In this document: piece after piece, positions 38,380 to 47,008 of the stretch
How positions within the stretch are numbered: position 1 is the first letter of the stretch
Layout: each line of letters opens with the position of its first letter
Origin: an uncultured delta proteobacterium
Lineage (GTDB): Bacteria > Myxococcota_A > UBA9160 > SMWR01
Assembly: GCA_963832165.1 (NCBI GenBank)
Contig: CAWHTE010000007.1
Coordinates: 96,001 to 160,000 of the forward strand
Direction of reading: 5' to 3'
Length of the DNA: 64,000 nt
Notes under the pieces: generated by a model
Database searches by the model: none
Told to the model about the DNA's origin: nothing
The model's input: the letters and a program-made list of their open reading frames with translations, nothing else
Position numbers and translations under genes: made by a program

Positions 38380-39660
38380 TCATGCCGCGCGCTCCACTGC
38401 GAGCCGCTTGGGGCCGCGCACGAGGAACGAGTCGACGCGCGGAATCGCACCCTCGGCGCGAACGAGCTTCGGCAACTCGGGCACGAGCGCCTCGAATGCC
38501 ACGCGGGCCTCGAGCCGCGCGAGCGATGCGCCGAGGCAGAAGTGCTTGCCGAAGCCGAAGCCCGGGAAGCCCTGCGCGTCGCGGTCGATGTCGAGCCGGT
38601 CGGGGTCCGGGAAGCGCCGCTCGTCGCGGTTGGCCGAGCCCAGGAAGACTGCGACGTACTCGCCCTTCGGGATTCGCACACCGCGGATCTCGGTCTCCTC
38701 GGTGGTCGTGCGGAACACCACCTGGACCGGCGAGTCGTAACGCAGGCCCTCTTCGATGAGATCTGGAACGCGGCCCGGGTCTGCAGCGACCTTCTGCACC
38801 TGGTCGGGGTGCTCGAGCAGCGCGTTGGCGAGATTGCCGATCAAGTTGGTGGTCGTCTCGTTGCCGGCCACGAGCAGCAGCAGGATGAACTGGACCACTT
38901 CGCGGTCGGTCAGCGCCGTCGCGCCGTCCTGCTCGGCGAGGATCGTGCTGATCAGGTCGTCGCGCGGCTCGGCACGGCGCTCGCGCGCGAGCCTTCGCAT
39001 CGTCGCGAGGAACTCGATCATCTGATCCATGTTCTTGCGCTCGAAGCGCAACTGATCGCGGTCGGGACCGGTCGTCATGGTGATGGCGAGGTCGGACCAG
39101 CGCTTGAAGTCGCGGTGCAGCTCGGCGGGTATTCCGAGCAACTCGGCGATGATCGTCACGGGCACGGGGACCGCGAGATTGGCGACCACGTCGAACGGCT
39201 CGCCGCGGCGCAGCGGCGCCATGCACTCTTCGACCACCTCGCGCACGCGCGACTCCAGAGCTGCGATCTGTCTCGGCGTGAAGCCGCGGTTCACGATGGC
39301 GCGCATCGACGAGTGGCGTTCGCCGTCCTCGGCGATCAGATTGCGCGCGGTCCAGAACTCGAGCGGGTTGAGGCGCACCTTCCAGACGATCTGCCAGAGA
39401 AAGCGCAGGATCCCGAACGTGAGCGGCGGGGTCTTCTCCATGCCGCCCGCCATCACCATCGTGAACATCGCGCGCGACGAGAAGATCTCGGGCGTCTTGA
39501 GCACGTGCATCACGTCGTCGAAGCGCGTCACCGACCAGATCCGCCGCGCTTCGTTGTGGTGCACGGGCGCTTCGTCGCGCAGACGACGGTAGATCGGATA
39601 CGGATCGGCGTGAGTCGTTAGGGGATCGAACTCGAACGTCGTGGCGCGAGGCGTGGTCAT
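38380..39660 (-). CDS. Cytochrome P450 (paralogue 3 of 3)
   Basis: AGNETT, EGLR, FGFGKHFCLG; long stretches identical to 31044..32312. Confidence 0.95.
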   Translation of the reverse strand: MTTPRATTFEFDPLTTHADPYPIYRRLRDEAPVHHNEARRIWSVTRFDDVMHVLKTPEIFSSRAMFTMVMAGGMEKTPPLTFGILRFLWQIVWKVRLNPLEFWTARNLIAEDGERHSSMRAIVNRGFTPRQIAALESRVREVVEECMAPLRRGEPFDVVANLAVPVPVTIIAELLGIPAELHRDFKRWSDLAITMTTGPDRDQLRFERKNMDQMIEFLATMRRLARERRAEPRDDLISTILAEQDGATALTDREVVQFILLLLVAGNETTTNLIGNLANALLEHPDQVQKVAADPGRVPDLIEEGLRYDSPVQVVFRTTTEETEIRGVRIPKGEYVAVFLGSANRDERRFPDPDRLDIDRDAQGFPGFGFGKHFCLGASLARLEARVAFEALVPELPKLVRAEGAIPRVDSFLVRGPKRLAVERAA

Positions 39661-39719
39661 GGGGATTCCCCGGGCGCGCGGGCGCGATGCTAGCTCAGCG
39701 CGACCTTCCCGCTCGCCGG

Positions 39720-40844
39720 CTACGGCGCGACCGCGTCCGGCGTCGTGAATCCACTCGGGCGGTGGATGCCAACGCAGAGAGTCTCGTGCATGCCGTAGCC
39801 GACCTCGCCCGTGTCGAGCTCGTAGCGGCAGAGCGTCTCGTTCAGGAACGACCAGGGCTTGCGCAGCTCGGGCGTGCCGAGGTCGTGCACGAGACCCTGC
39901 ACGACGTGCTCGCCGCGCCAGGTGCCGTGCCCCCAGTCCGCGTCGGGGCGATAGCCCGACCCCGCTGCGAGATAGACCGTGCGCAGCGGCGTGTTCGTGC
40001 TGCGCAACGGACGGCCGCCGGGCGGGTGCAGCGTCACCACCGACTTCGCGAGCTCGCGCGTGCCCGAGAGATAGGTGGTCTCGATCTCGGGAAAGCCCAT
40101 GTCCTCGTTCGGCTTGTCGATCCCGAACCGCCACACCTTCACCGACTCCTGCTGCATCCGGTTTCCGTCGCAATCTTCGTCGAGCGAGACCTTGATCATG
40201 TAGTCGTCGAACTGCATCGGCAGCCAGTTGTGGAGCAGGCCCATCGTGCGATTCGCCATGTCCTTCCAGCGGATCCCGGGCGCCTCGGGCTCGCCGACCG
40301 GCCGCACGCCCCACGAGTGGTCGCGCGCGCCTTTCCAGGTCGCAGGGCTCACGTCGTAGTGCTGACCGCCCACCTCCAGCTCGCCGCTCCAGGTTCCAAC
40401 CTGCGCATAACGCGAGACGTCCTGCGTGATCCGCGCGCGCGTGCGATTGAACGACTTCGGCTCCTCGAGCGCGGGCACCGTGCCCTCGAACAGCAGATCG
40501 AACGCAACTCCCCATTCGTTCGGCGCGCAGCGCACGCGCAGGGAGCGCAGCCCCTTCACGACCTCGACCGAGAGCGGTCCGACGCTCGTGTCGATCCGGT
40601 CGTTGCCGAGCTCGCGCGAGGCGCGCACGGTGTACTGATGGGTGCCGTGCGAGATGGAGACGAACGCGTCGGTGACGCCGAGATTCGGATACTGGCCGAG
40701 CCCCGCGACGAGAAACAGCTCGCCGCTCGAGGGATGGCAGTTGAAGTAGTAGCGATCGTAGAAGTTGCGGTCGCTCGTGAACACGTAATCGAACGTGTCG
40801 GTGGTCTGGTGGGCGAGATACTCGTCCATCGGGCTGATCGGCAC
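39720..40844 (-). CDS. Conserved hypothetical beta-rich protein, possibly CrtC/AttH-like lipid-binding fold
   Basis: DE..AHQT, NFYDRYYFN, RDHSWGVRP motifs typical of a family I recall from actinobacterial lipid clusters; GTG start inferred. Confidence 0.7.
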   Translation of the reverse strand: MPISPMDEYLAHQTTDTFDYVFTSDRNFYDRYYFNCHPSSGELFLVAGLGQYPNLGVTDAFVSISHGTHQYTVRASRELGNDRIDTSVGPLSVEVVKGLRSLRVRCAPNEWGVAFDLLFEGTVPALEEPKSFNRTRARITQDVSRYAQVGTWSGELEVGGQHYDVSPATWKGARDHSWGVRPVGEPEAPGIRWKDMANRTMGLLHNWLPMQFDDYMIKVSLDEDCDGNRMQQESVKVWRFGIDKPNEDMGFPEIETTYLSGTRELAKSVVTLHPPGGRPLRSTNTPLRTVYLAAGSGYRPDADWGHGTWRGEHVVQGLVHDLGTPELRKPWSFLNETLCRYELDTGEVGYGMHETLCVGIHRPSGFTTPDAVAP

Positions 40845-40948
40845 GGAGGTCTCCCATTCGTCTCGATTGCGCGTGGCGCGCGAGGCGCGCTGCATTATGG
40901 CACGCTGATAGTGCTCTCGACGTTCCCTATCTCCCCTGGAGGTCTCGC

Positions 40949-41392
40949 ATGAGAATGGACTGGCCCGTGGTCGCGCTCCTGTTCGCATTGGGCTGCGGCC
41001 CACTGATCATGGTGCCGGGGGGCGAGCTGTCCGGAACAGTGAAGCCCGCGCCGGGCGACTGGTCGTTCACCCACTCCGTCGAGACGGTGCAGCTCGAGAC
41101 CCGTCCGGAGGATCCGTACTCGGTGAACGTCTGGGGCGTCGCGATGGGTCACGCGTTCTACGTCGCTTCGGGCCGTGGCGAGTCGGCCGCCTGGGCAAAG
41201 CACATCGCGGCGGATCCGCGCGTGCGCCTGCGCGTGGGCGAAGACCTCTACGAACTCAACGCGGTGCGGACCACAGACGAGGTGGAGATGGCCGCCTTCA
41301 TCGACGCGGCGAAGAAGAAGTACGAGGACTTCGAGCCCGACGAGCGCCAGCGCAGCGAGGCGATCCTGTTCCGCCTGGAGCCGCGTCGTTAG
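40949..41392 (+). CDS. DUF2255/split-barrel-like lipoprotein
   Basis: GGAGG RBS; ALGC lipobox; PYSVNVW, W..HI.ADPRVRLRVG. Confidence 0.7.
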   Translation: MRMDWPVVALLFALGCGPLIMVPGGELSGTVKPAPGDWSFTHSVETVQLETRPEDPYSVNVWGVAMGHAFYVASGRGESAAWAKHIAADPRVRLRVGEDLYELNAVRTTDEVEMAAFIDAAKKKYEDFEPDERQRSEAILFRLEPRR

Positions 41393-41787
41393 TCGTAGAT
41401 GATGAATTCCAGGAGATTCGCGTCGGGATCGCGTACGTAGACGGAGACTCCCTTGCCGCGCGCGCCCGGCAGCTCGACGGGCCCCGCGATGATCTCGGCG
41501 CGCGCGGCCGCGAGCGTCTCGTGCAGGCGCTCCTTGCCGCCTTCCCAGACAAAGCAGAGGTCGCCGCAGCCGGGGAGCGCGGTCGGCCCGCGCAGCGTGA
41601 AGTCCTCGCGCTGCCACAACCCGGGCGCGTGGACGTTGATCTTCTGGTTGCCGAGGTGGATCGAGAAGAACGGGACGCCGGCGGCGCGCCATTTCGCGAG
41701 GTCGGGCACCTGGAAGCCGAGCGCGCCGTAGAATGCGATCAGCTCCTCGGGCTTGTGGGTCGGCAGCGCGACGTGATCGAAGCTCAC
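41389..41787 (-). CDS. VOC/glyoxalase family protein
   Basis: FDHVAL, DLCFVW, SVYVRDPDANLLE; alternative TTG start at 41796. Confidence 0.88.
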   Translation of the reverse strand: MSFDHVALPTHKPEELIAFYGALGFQVPDLAKWRAAGVPFFSIHLGNQKINVHAPGLWQREDFTLRGPTALPGCGDLCFVWEGGKERLHETLAAARAEIIAGPVELPGARGKGVSVYVRDPDANLLEFIIYD

Positions 41788-41804
41788 GACGGGCAAGGGA
41801 CCTC

Positions 41805-42272
41805 CTAGCAGGCGCCCGCGGTCTTGCGCCGCGCGCCCTTGCGCGGGGAGAGCACGGCGAATGCCCAACCCGCTCGCGTGTAGGGAACCAGGAACTGCGC
41901 CACGCGCCGCAGCGGCGCGGGCAGCGACGCGGGAACGCGCGAGCCCTCGCGGATCACGAACGCGCTCGCGTCGTGCGGGCGGCCCCGGGTCCAATACCGC
42001 GTGCGCGGCTGCGCGACCAGATTTCGCACCCAATCCGAGCGGTCGCCGCGAAACGTGGCCACGATCATGTGCCGGCCGATGCGCGTCGCCGCGAGCGGGT
42101 TGCGCCGTAGCTCGCCGCTCTTGCGGCCCACCGTCTCGAGCACGATGAACCCGCTCGGCGCGAGGCGCGGCGAGCCGAAGCCGCGTCGCACGATCGGCTC
42201 GACGACGCGGTTCAGCATCCGGAAGAACTCCACCTCGAGAGAGCGGCGACGCGCGACTGCGCGCTCAGCCAC
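41805..42272 (-). CDS. Deazaflavin-dependent nitroreductase (Ddn/F420H2 quinone reductase) family
   Basis: LETVGRKSGELRRNPL and DWVRNLVAQP motifs. Confidence 0.8.
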   Translation of the reverse strand: MAERAVARRRSLEVEFFRMLNRVVEPIVRRGFGSPRLAPSGFIVLETVGRKSGELRRNPLAATRIGRHMIVATFRGDRSDWVRNLVAQPRTRYWTRGRPHDASAFVIREGSRVPASLPAPLRRVAQFLVPYTRAGWAFAVLSPRKGARRKTAGAC

Positions 42273-42765
42273 CGCGCGCCGCCCGCAGATCGCCGCCGAA
42301 GAATACGCGCGCGCCGAGTACCGCGGGCGCGATCAGCCAGGGCAGATTGAACACCAGGTAGTAGAGCGTGTTGGGCGGCGGATGCGGACCCAGGAAGGTC
42401 TGCACGAAGTAGAAGAACATGTTGGTGACGGCGGCGCCCGCGTACACGAGACCGAGCGGCAACAGCCACGAGCGCAGCCCGACGAGGCCCACGATCACGA
42501 ACAGCAGCGCGGGCGCCGAGAAGAAACCGTCGAAGAGACACGCGGCGATCAGGTTCGGCGGCGGATCGAGGTGCGCCGGCTCTTCCGCGACTGCCCATTC
42601 ATGGAGCGATCGCAGCGGCGGCCACGGACTGTCGGGCGCCACGGGCACTCCGATGCCCTCGGGCAGGCTGAACAGGAAGCCGTAGAGCACCGAAACCGAG
42701 AAGAACAACGCCAGCGCCAGGTCGAGCGGGCGTCGGTAGATCGGCACGACGCTCGCGCGGGTCAC
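42265..42765 (-). CDS. EXPERA-domain (EBP/TMEM97/TM6SF-like) membrane protein
   Basis: Four TM; RRPLD start, acidic residue in LFDGFF.AP, C-terminal NLPWLIAP typical of EXPERA. Confidence 0.75.
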   Translation of the reverse strand: MTRASVVPIYRRPLDLALALFFSVSVLYGFLFSLPEGIGVPVAPDSPWPPLRSLHEWAVAEEPAHLDPPPNLIAACLFDGFFSAPALLFVIVGLVGLRSWLLPLGLVYAGAAVTNMFFYFVQTFLGPHPPPNTLYYLVFNLPWLIAPAVLGARVFFGGDLRAARGG

Positions 42766-43217
42766 GGGCCGTGCTTCGAGAAGACGCGAACGCCCTGCGA
42801 TCCGAACGAGAGCACCTGATAGGTCTCGGGGTTGGGGCCCTCCATGCCGGGCGAACCGATCGGCATGCCGGGAACCGCGAGTCCCTCGACGTCGGGGCGC
42901 TCCGCGAGCAGCTTGCGCACATCGGCCGCCGGAACGTGGCCCTCCACGACGTAGCCGCCGACGAAGGCCGTGTGGCACGCCGAGAGCTCCAGCGGAATTC
43001 CGTTCTCCTGCTTGATCGGCGTGACGTCGGGCACGTCCGTGGCACGTACCTTGAATCCGTTGCCGCGCAGATGATCGATCCATTTCTCACAGCAGCCGCA
43101 GGTCGGCGACTTGTAGACGTGGACCTCGACAGGCTCGGCCGAGGCAGCCGGCGCGAGCGCGATCGGGGCCAACAGGGTCGCCGCCACCGCCATTGCCGTC
43201 GCAACGAAACGTTGCAT
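42762..43217 (-). CDS. DUF411 / CopG-like periplasmic metal-binding protein
   Basis: KSPTCGCC..W, ACHTA, EGHVPA, GLAVPGMPIGSPGME. Confidence 0.92.
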   Translation of the reverse strand: MQRFVATAMAVAATLLAPIALAPAASAEPVEVHVYKSPTCGCCEKWIDHLRGNGFKVRATDVPDVTPIKQENGIPLELSACHTAFVGGYVVEGHVPAADVRKLLAERPDVEGLAVPGMPIGSPGMEGPNPETYQVLSFGSQGVRVFSKHGP

Positions 43218-43297
43218 CGAATCCTCCTTGGCGAACGCCGCAGAGCCTAGCAGCGCGAACCAGGACTTGGATATCGGCGCCGCTACGCGGGCGTTCG

Positions 43298-43573
43298 CTA
43301 CGGAAGCGGCTCCTCCATCGAGCGGACGCGTCGCGGGCTCTCCGCGCTGTGATCTTCGTACTCGGCCCAGAACACGACGTCGCGCCAGTCGATCTCGGAG
43401 GCGCGCGCGAAGCGCTCGAGGTCCTCGAAATTCCCGGCCGCAAGGTAGACGATCGAGCGCAGCACGCGCGCGCTGCACTCGAGCGCCTCGACGAGGCGCA
43501 TCACCTCGAAGCTCGTCTCGCCCGGATAGTCGCGCAACAGGCGCGCTCGAACATCAGCGGGGATCTCTGCCAC
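43298..43573 (-). CDS. Small helical hypothetical protein
   Basis: RVLRSIVYLAAGN...DWRDVVFWAEY pattern; start uncertain. Confidence 0.6.
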   Translation of the reverse strand: MAEIPADVRARLLRDYPGETSFEVMRLVEALECSARVLRSIVYLAAGNFEDLERFARASEIDWRDVVFWAEYEDHSAESPRRVRSMEEPLP

Positions 43574-43617
43574 CGCGGTAGATTCTACCGTCCACAGTCG
43601 AGGGAGGCGCTCGTGTG

Positions 43618-44151
43618 ATGCAGGCCCGCGCTCGATTGGAGCTGCTCTCGCGCGCCGGATGGGATCACCAGACCCCGAACCTGCTGCGCGCGGTGGCACA
43701 TCACCCACACCTGCTCGAGCCGTTTCTGGGCTTTGCCGCGGCGCTCGCGAGCCGCGGCGTCCTGCCGCGCCGCAGCTCCGAGCTGCTCGCGTTGCGCGCG
43801 GCCTGGAACTGCCGCAGCGAATTCGAGTGGGGCCATCACGCGCTCTACGCGCGTGCGGCGGGACTGTCCGACGCGGAGATCGCCGCCGTCGCGGTCGGCC
43901 CCGACGCGGAGAACTGGTCGGACGACGATCGCGCGCTGCTGCTGGCGGCCGATGAGCTCCACGCAGAGCACGCGATCGCGCAATCCACGTGGGACGCGCT
44001 CGCGGCGCGCTGGAACGAGGGGCAGCTCGTGGAGATCGCGTTCGTGGTGGGGCAGTACACGATGCTCTCGATGGTCGCCGGGGCGCTCGCGGTGCCGCTC
44101 GAAGAGGGCCTTCCCCGCCTACCGCGCGGCGCGAGTGCGGAGGTATCGTGA
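43618..44151 (+). CDS. Carboxymuconolactone decarboxylase/AhpD-like protein
   Basis: NLLRAVAHHP, ELLALR, FEWGHH, VVGQY. Confidence 0.85.
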   Translation: MQARARLELLSRAGWDHQTPNLLRAVAHHPHLLEPFLGFAAALASRGVLPRRSSELLALRAAWNCRSEFEWGHHALYARAAGLSDAEIAAVAVGPDAENWSDDDRALLLAADELHAEHAIAQSTWDALAARWNEGQLVEIAFVVGQYTMLSMVAGALAVPLEEGLPRLPRGASAEVS

Positions 44152-45173
44152 CTCGGGAGGCCGCGATGGATCGGTACTTCTCCTACGCCGAGCAGTCGGG
44201 ACACTATTTCAATCGCCCGCACGAGCGGCCCGCGCCCGGTTCGATCGGCGGCACTGCGTCGTGGCGGCGCGCCGACGTGGCCGACCCCGCGATCTGGCGC
44301 ACCGTGCTCACGCGCGACCAGATCGACGAGCTGCGCCACGCCGTGGTCCACGCGCGCGGAACGGGGCGCGCACTCGGCGATCTGCGCGCGGTCGACTTTC
44401 CGCTCCCGACGCTACAGCGCGAGATCGCGCGCTGGCGCGACGAGATCCAGACCGGCCGCGGCTTCCAGGTGGTCTCGGGCGTGCCCGTGCGCGAGTGGAG
44501 CGAGCAGGATGCGAGCCTGTGCTTCTGGTGTCTCGGCCTGCACATGGGCCGGCCCGGCGCGCAGAATCCGCAGGGCGATCTGCTCGGTCACGTGCGCGAC
44601 ACAGGTGCGAATGCGCGCGACCCGTTCGTGCGTCTCTACCGCACCGCCGCGAACATCGACTATCACTGCGACGCGGCAGACGTGGTGGGTCTCTTGTGCC
44701 TGAACACGGCCAAGCGCGGCGGTGCGAGCCGGATCGTCAGCTCGGTGGCCGTGTACGACGAGCTCGTGCGCCGCCGCCCCGACCTCGTATCCCGACTCTA
44801 CGAGCCCTTCCTGCTCGACATCCGCAACGAAGATGCCTCGGGCGCGCTGCGCTATCTGCCGATCCCGCCGTGTCGGTTCGCGGGCGGGCGGCTGCGCACC
44901 TTCTACCACAGCGACTACTTCCGCTCGGTGGTGCGCCACGCCGACGTGCCCGCGTTCACGGACCGCGAGCGCGAGCTGCTCGATCTCTACGAGGCCGTCG
45001 CGAGCCAGCCCGACTTCTATCTCGACATGGAGTTCGCGCCCGGCGACATCCAGTGGCTCTCCAACCACGCGATCCTGCACGCGCGCACCGCCTACGAGGA
45101 TCACCCGGAGCCCGAGCGCAAGCGCCATCTCTTGCGGCTATGGCTCTCGATCGATCCGGCGAGCGCGGCTTAG
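44148..45173 (+). CDS. TauD/TfdA family Fe(II)/2-oxoglutarate dioxygenase
   Basis: YHCD facial triad start; NHAILHAR; RHLLRLW; alternative ATG at 44166. Confidence 0.9.
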   Translation: MTREAAMDRYFSYAEQSGHYFNRPHERPAPGSIGGTASWRRADVADPAIWRTVLTRDQIDELRHAVVHARGTGRALGDLRAVDFPLPTLQREIARWRDEIQTGRGFQVVSGVPVREWSEQDASLCFWCLGLHMGRPGAQNPQGDLLGHVRDTGANARDPFVRLYRTAANIDYHCDAADVVGLLCLNTAKRGGASRIVSSVAVYDELVRRRPDLVSRLYEPFLLDIRNEDASGALRYLPIPPCRFAGGRLRTFYHSDYFRSVVRHADVPAFTDRERELLDLYEAVASQPDFYLDMEFAPGDIQWLSNHAILHARTAYEDHPEPERKRHLLRLWLSIDPASAA

Positions 45174-45175
45174 GC

Positions 45176-46969
45176 CTACGGAGCGACGGAGAACGCGCGC
45201 AGCGAGCTGGAGTCGTTGCCCTGGCGCAGGACGGCCGTGCCGAGCCGGTCGTAGACGACACCGGTCGGGGAGAAACCGTCGTCGATCGAGACGTTCGCGA
45301 GCGCGGTCACTGCGGCCGGGATCGAGCCGAGATCCACCGCGAGCAGCTTGTCGCCGCCGCTCGTGCGGCTCGTGACGAGCAGGCGATCTGCTCCCTCGTC
45401 GATCTCGATTCCGTCGGGCTGACCGAGCTGAGTCGTGTTCGCCGCGAGGTTGGTCACGGCGCCGTTCGGCGCGATGCGCAGGATGCGCGACGTGCTCGTG
45501 CCGTTGTCGACCGCGTACAGCGTCCCTTCCGACGAGAACACGAGATCGGAGAGCCGCGAGACGGACTGGTTCAGCACGATCTCTGCGGGCGGGTTCGGGC
45601 TGACCGGATCGATTGCGAACACGCGGCCGTCCGCGGTGGTCGCGATCAGGTCTCCGCCGAACGAGCCGAAGCCCGACGGAGCGAGCTCGAGCCCCAGGAC
45701 CGCACTCGCGGAGACGCTCACGAGCAACGAGACGGTCCCGTCCGCGGCGCGCTGGTAGATGTTGCCGCTGCCGGTCGAGACGTAGATCACCTCGTCGACC
45801 CCGGTGGTCGCCGCCGGGTGCTTCGAATCGACGGCCACGCCGAGCAGGTCCTCGAGCGGCGATCCGATGGCTGATCCGAGCGACGTCACGGAGCTCCCGT
45901 CGCGCGGAATGCTGAACAGGAAGTTGCTGTCGACGGTGCCGCCCGTGCCCGGATCGTTCGCCACGAGGATGAACCCGCCGAGGCGGTCGAACTCGAGATC
46001 GCCATAGCCGACGCTGGGGCCGCCGATGATCAGCCCGAAGTTCGGATTCGCGGGATCGACGCGGGAGAGTTGAGCGCCGCGGATCGCGCGCGGGCTGGTC
46101 GCGATGAACGCGATCGTGCCGATCTGGTCGAAGCCGATCCCACTGGGCGCGTCCGGATCGAAGTGATAGGCCGCCCGCTTCGTGGGCGTGCCTCCCGCGA
46201 CCGGGACCGTGTAGAGCACGCCGTCGTGAGTCGCGTCGCCCGCATCGGCGACATAGATCTCCCCCGCTCCGCCGTCGGAGCCGATTCCGACCGGAGTGAT
46301 GAAGCCGCCCTGGAACGACGTGACCGTTCCGTCGGTGTTCACGATGTCGAGCTCGGCGTGGGTGGCGTCGATCGCGAGCAGAGTCGTGCCCGCGAACGCC
46401 AGGTCGACATAGCGATCGCCGGGATTCGCGAACGGAGTGACGGTGGGCGGGTCGTCCGTCGTGATGCGCAGCACGCCCGATGCACCCGCGGCCGCGAACA
46501 GCGACCCGCCAAAGCCGCCGTAGCCGTCGGGCGCGAAGGTGAGGCCCGTGATCGGATCGCTGCCCGTGTCCACGAACAGCTCCGAGGAGCTGCCGTCGCC
46601 GGAGATCTCCCAGATCCTGCCGGCATCATCACCCGCGAACAGGCGCGGATCGGTTCCGAAGCCCGGGAAGATCGAGAGCAGCGCGGGGTTCGCTGCGCCG
46701 CCTACCGCGAACGTCGTGACCGAGCCGTCGACGCGCGACACGCGCGTCACGTCGGACGTTCCCGTGACAGCGAAGAGATCCCCTTCCACGCGGATCGTCA
46801 CATCGCCCGATCCGCCCGATCCGCCCGGCAACACCGGCGGGAGGAAAGCCTGCGGAAACGCGGGCGTCGTCGTGACGATGGTGTTGTCGCCGCCTCCGCC
46901 GCCGCACGCGAGGCCACACGCACACGCGAGCGCGAAGGGTGCGGTGAATGCTCTCGGTCGCCAGCGCAT
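45176..46969 (-). CDS. Lipoprotein with duplicated beta-propeller (NHL/SMP-30-like)
   Basis: LACGGGGG lipobox; two colinear halves (GLTFAPDGYGGFGGSL vs GLELAPSGFGSFGGDL). Confidence 0.75.
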   Translation of the reverse strand: MRWRPRAFTAPFALACACGLACGGGGGDNTIVTTTPAFPQAFLPPVLPGGSGGSGDVTIRVEGDLFAVTGTSDVTRVSRVDGSVTTFAVGGAANPALLSIFPGFGTDPRLFAGDDAGRIWEISGDGSSSELFVDTGSDPITGLTFAPDGYGGFGGSLFAAAGASGVLRITTDDPPTVTPFANPGDRYVDLAFAGTTLLAIDATHAELDIVNTDGTVTSFQGGFITPVGIGSDGGAGEIYVADAGDATHDGVLYTVPVAGGTPTKRAAYHFDPDAPSGIGFDQIGTIAFIATSPRAIRGAQLSRVDPANPNFGLIIGGPSVGYGDLEFDRLGGFILVANDPGTGGTVDSNFLFSIPRDGSSVTSLGSAIGSPLEDLLGVAVDSKHPAATTGVDEVIYVSTGSGNIYQRAADGTVSLLVSVSASAVLGLELAPSGFGSFGGDLIATTADGRVFAIDPVSPNPPAEIVLNQSVSRLSDLVFSSEGTLYAVDNGTSTSRILRIAPNGAVTNLAANTTQLGQPDGIEIDEGADRLLVTSRTSGGDKLLAVDLGSIPAAVTALANVSIDDGFSPTGVVYDRLGTAVLRQGNDSSSLRAFSVAP

Positions 46970-47008
46970 GCACCCCACCCCCGTCCGCCTTCGCGGGCAG
47001 GAGCCTAG

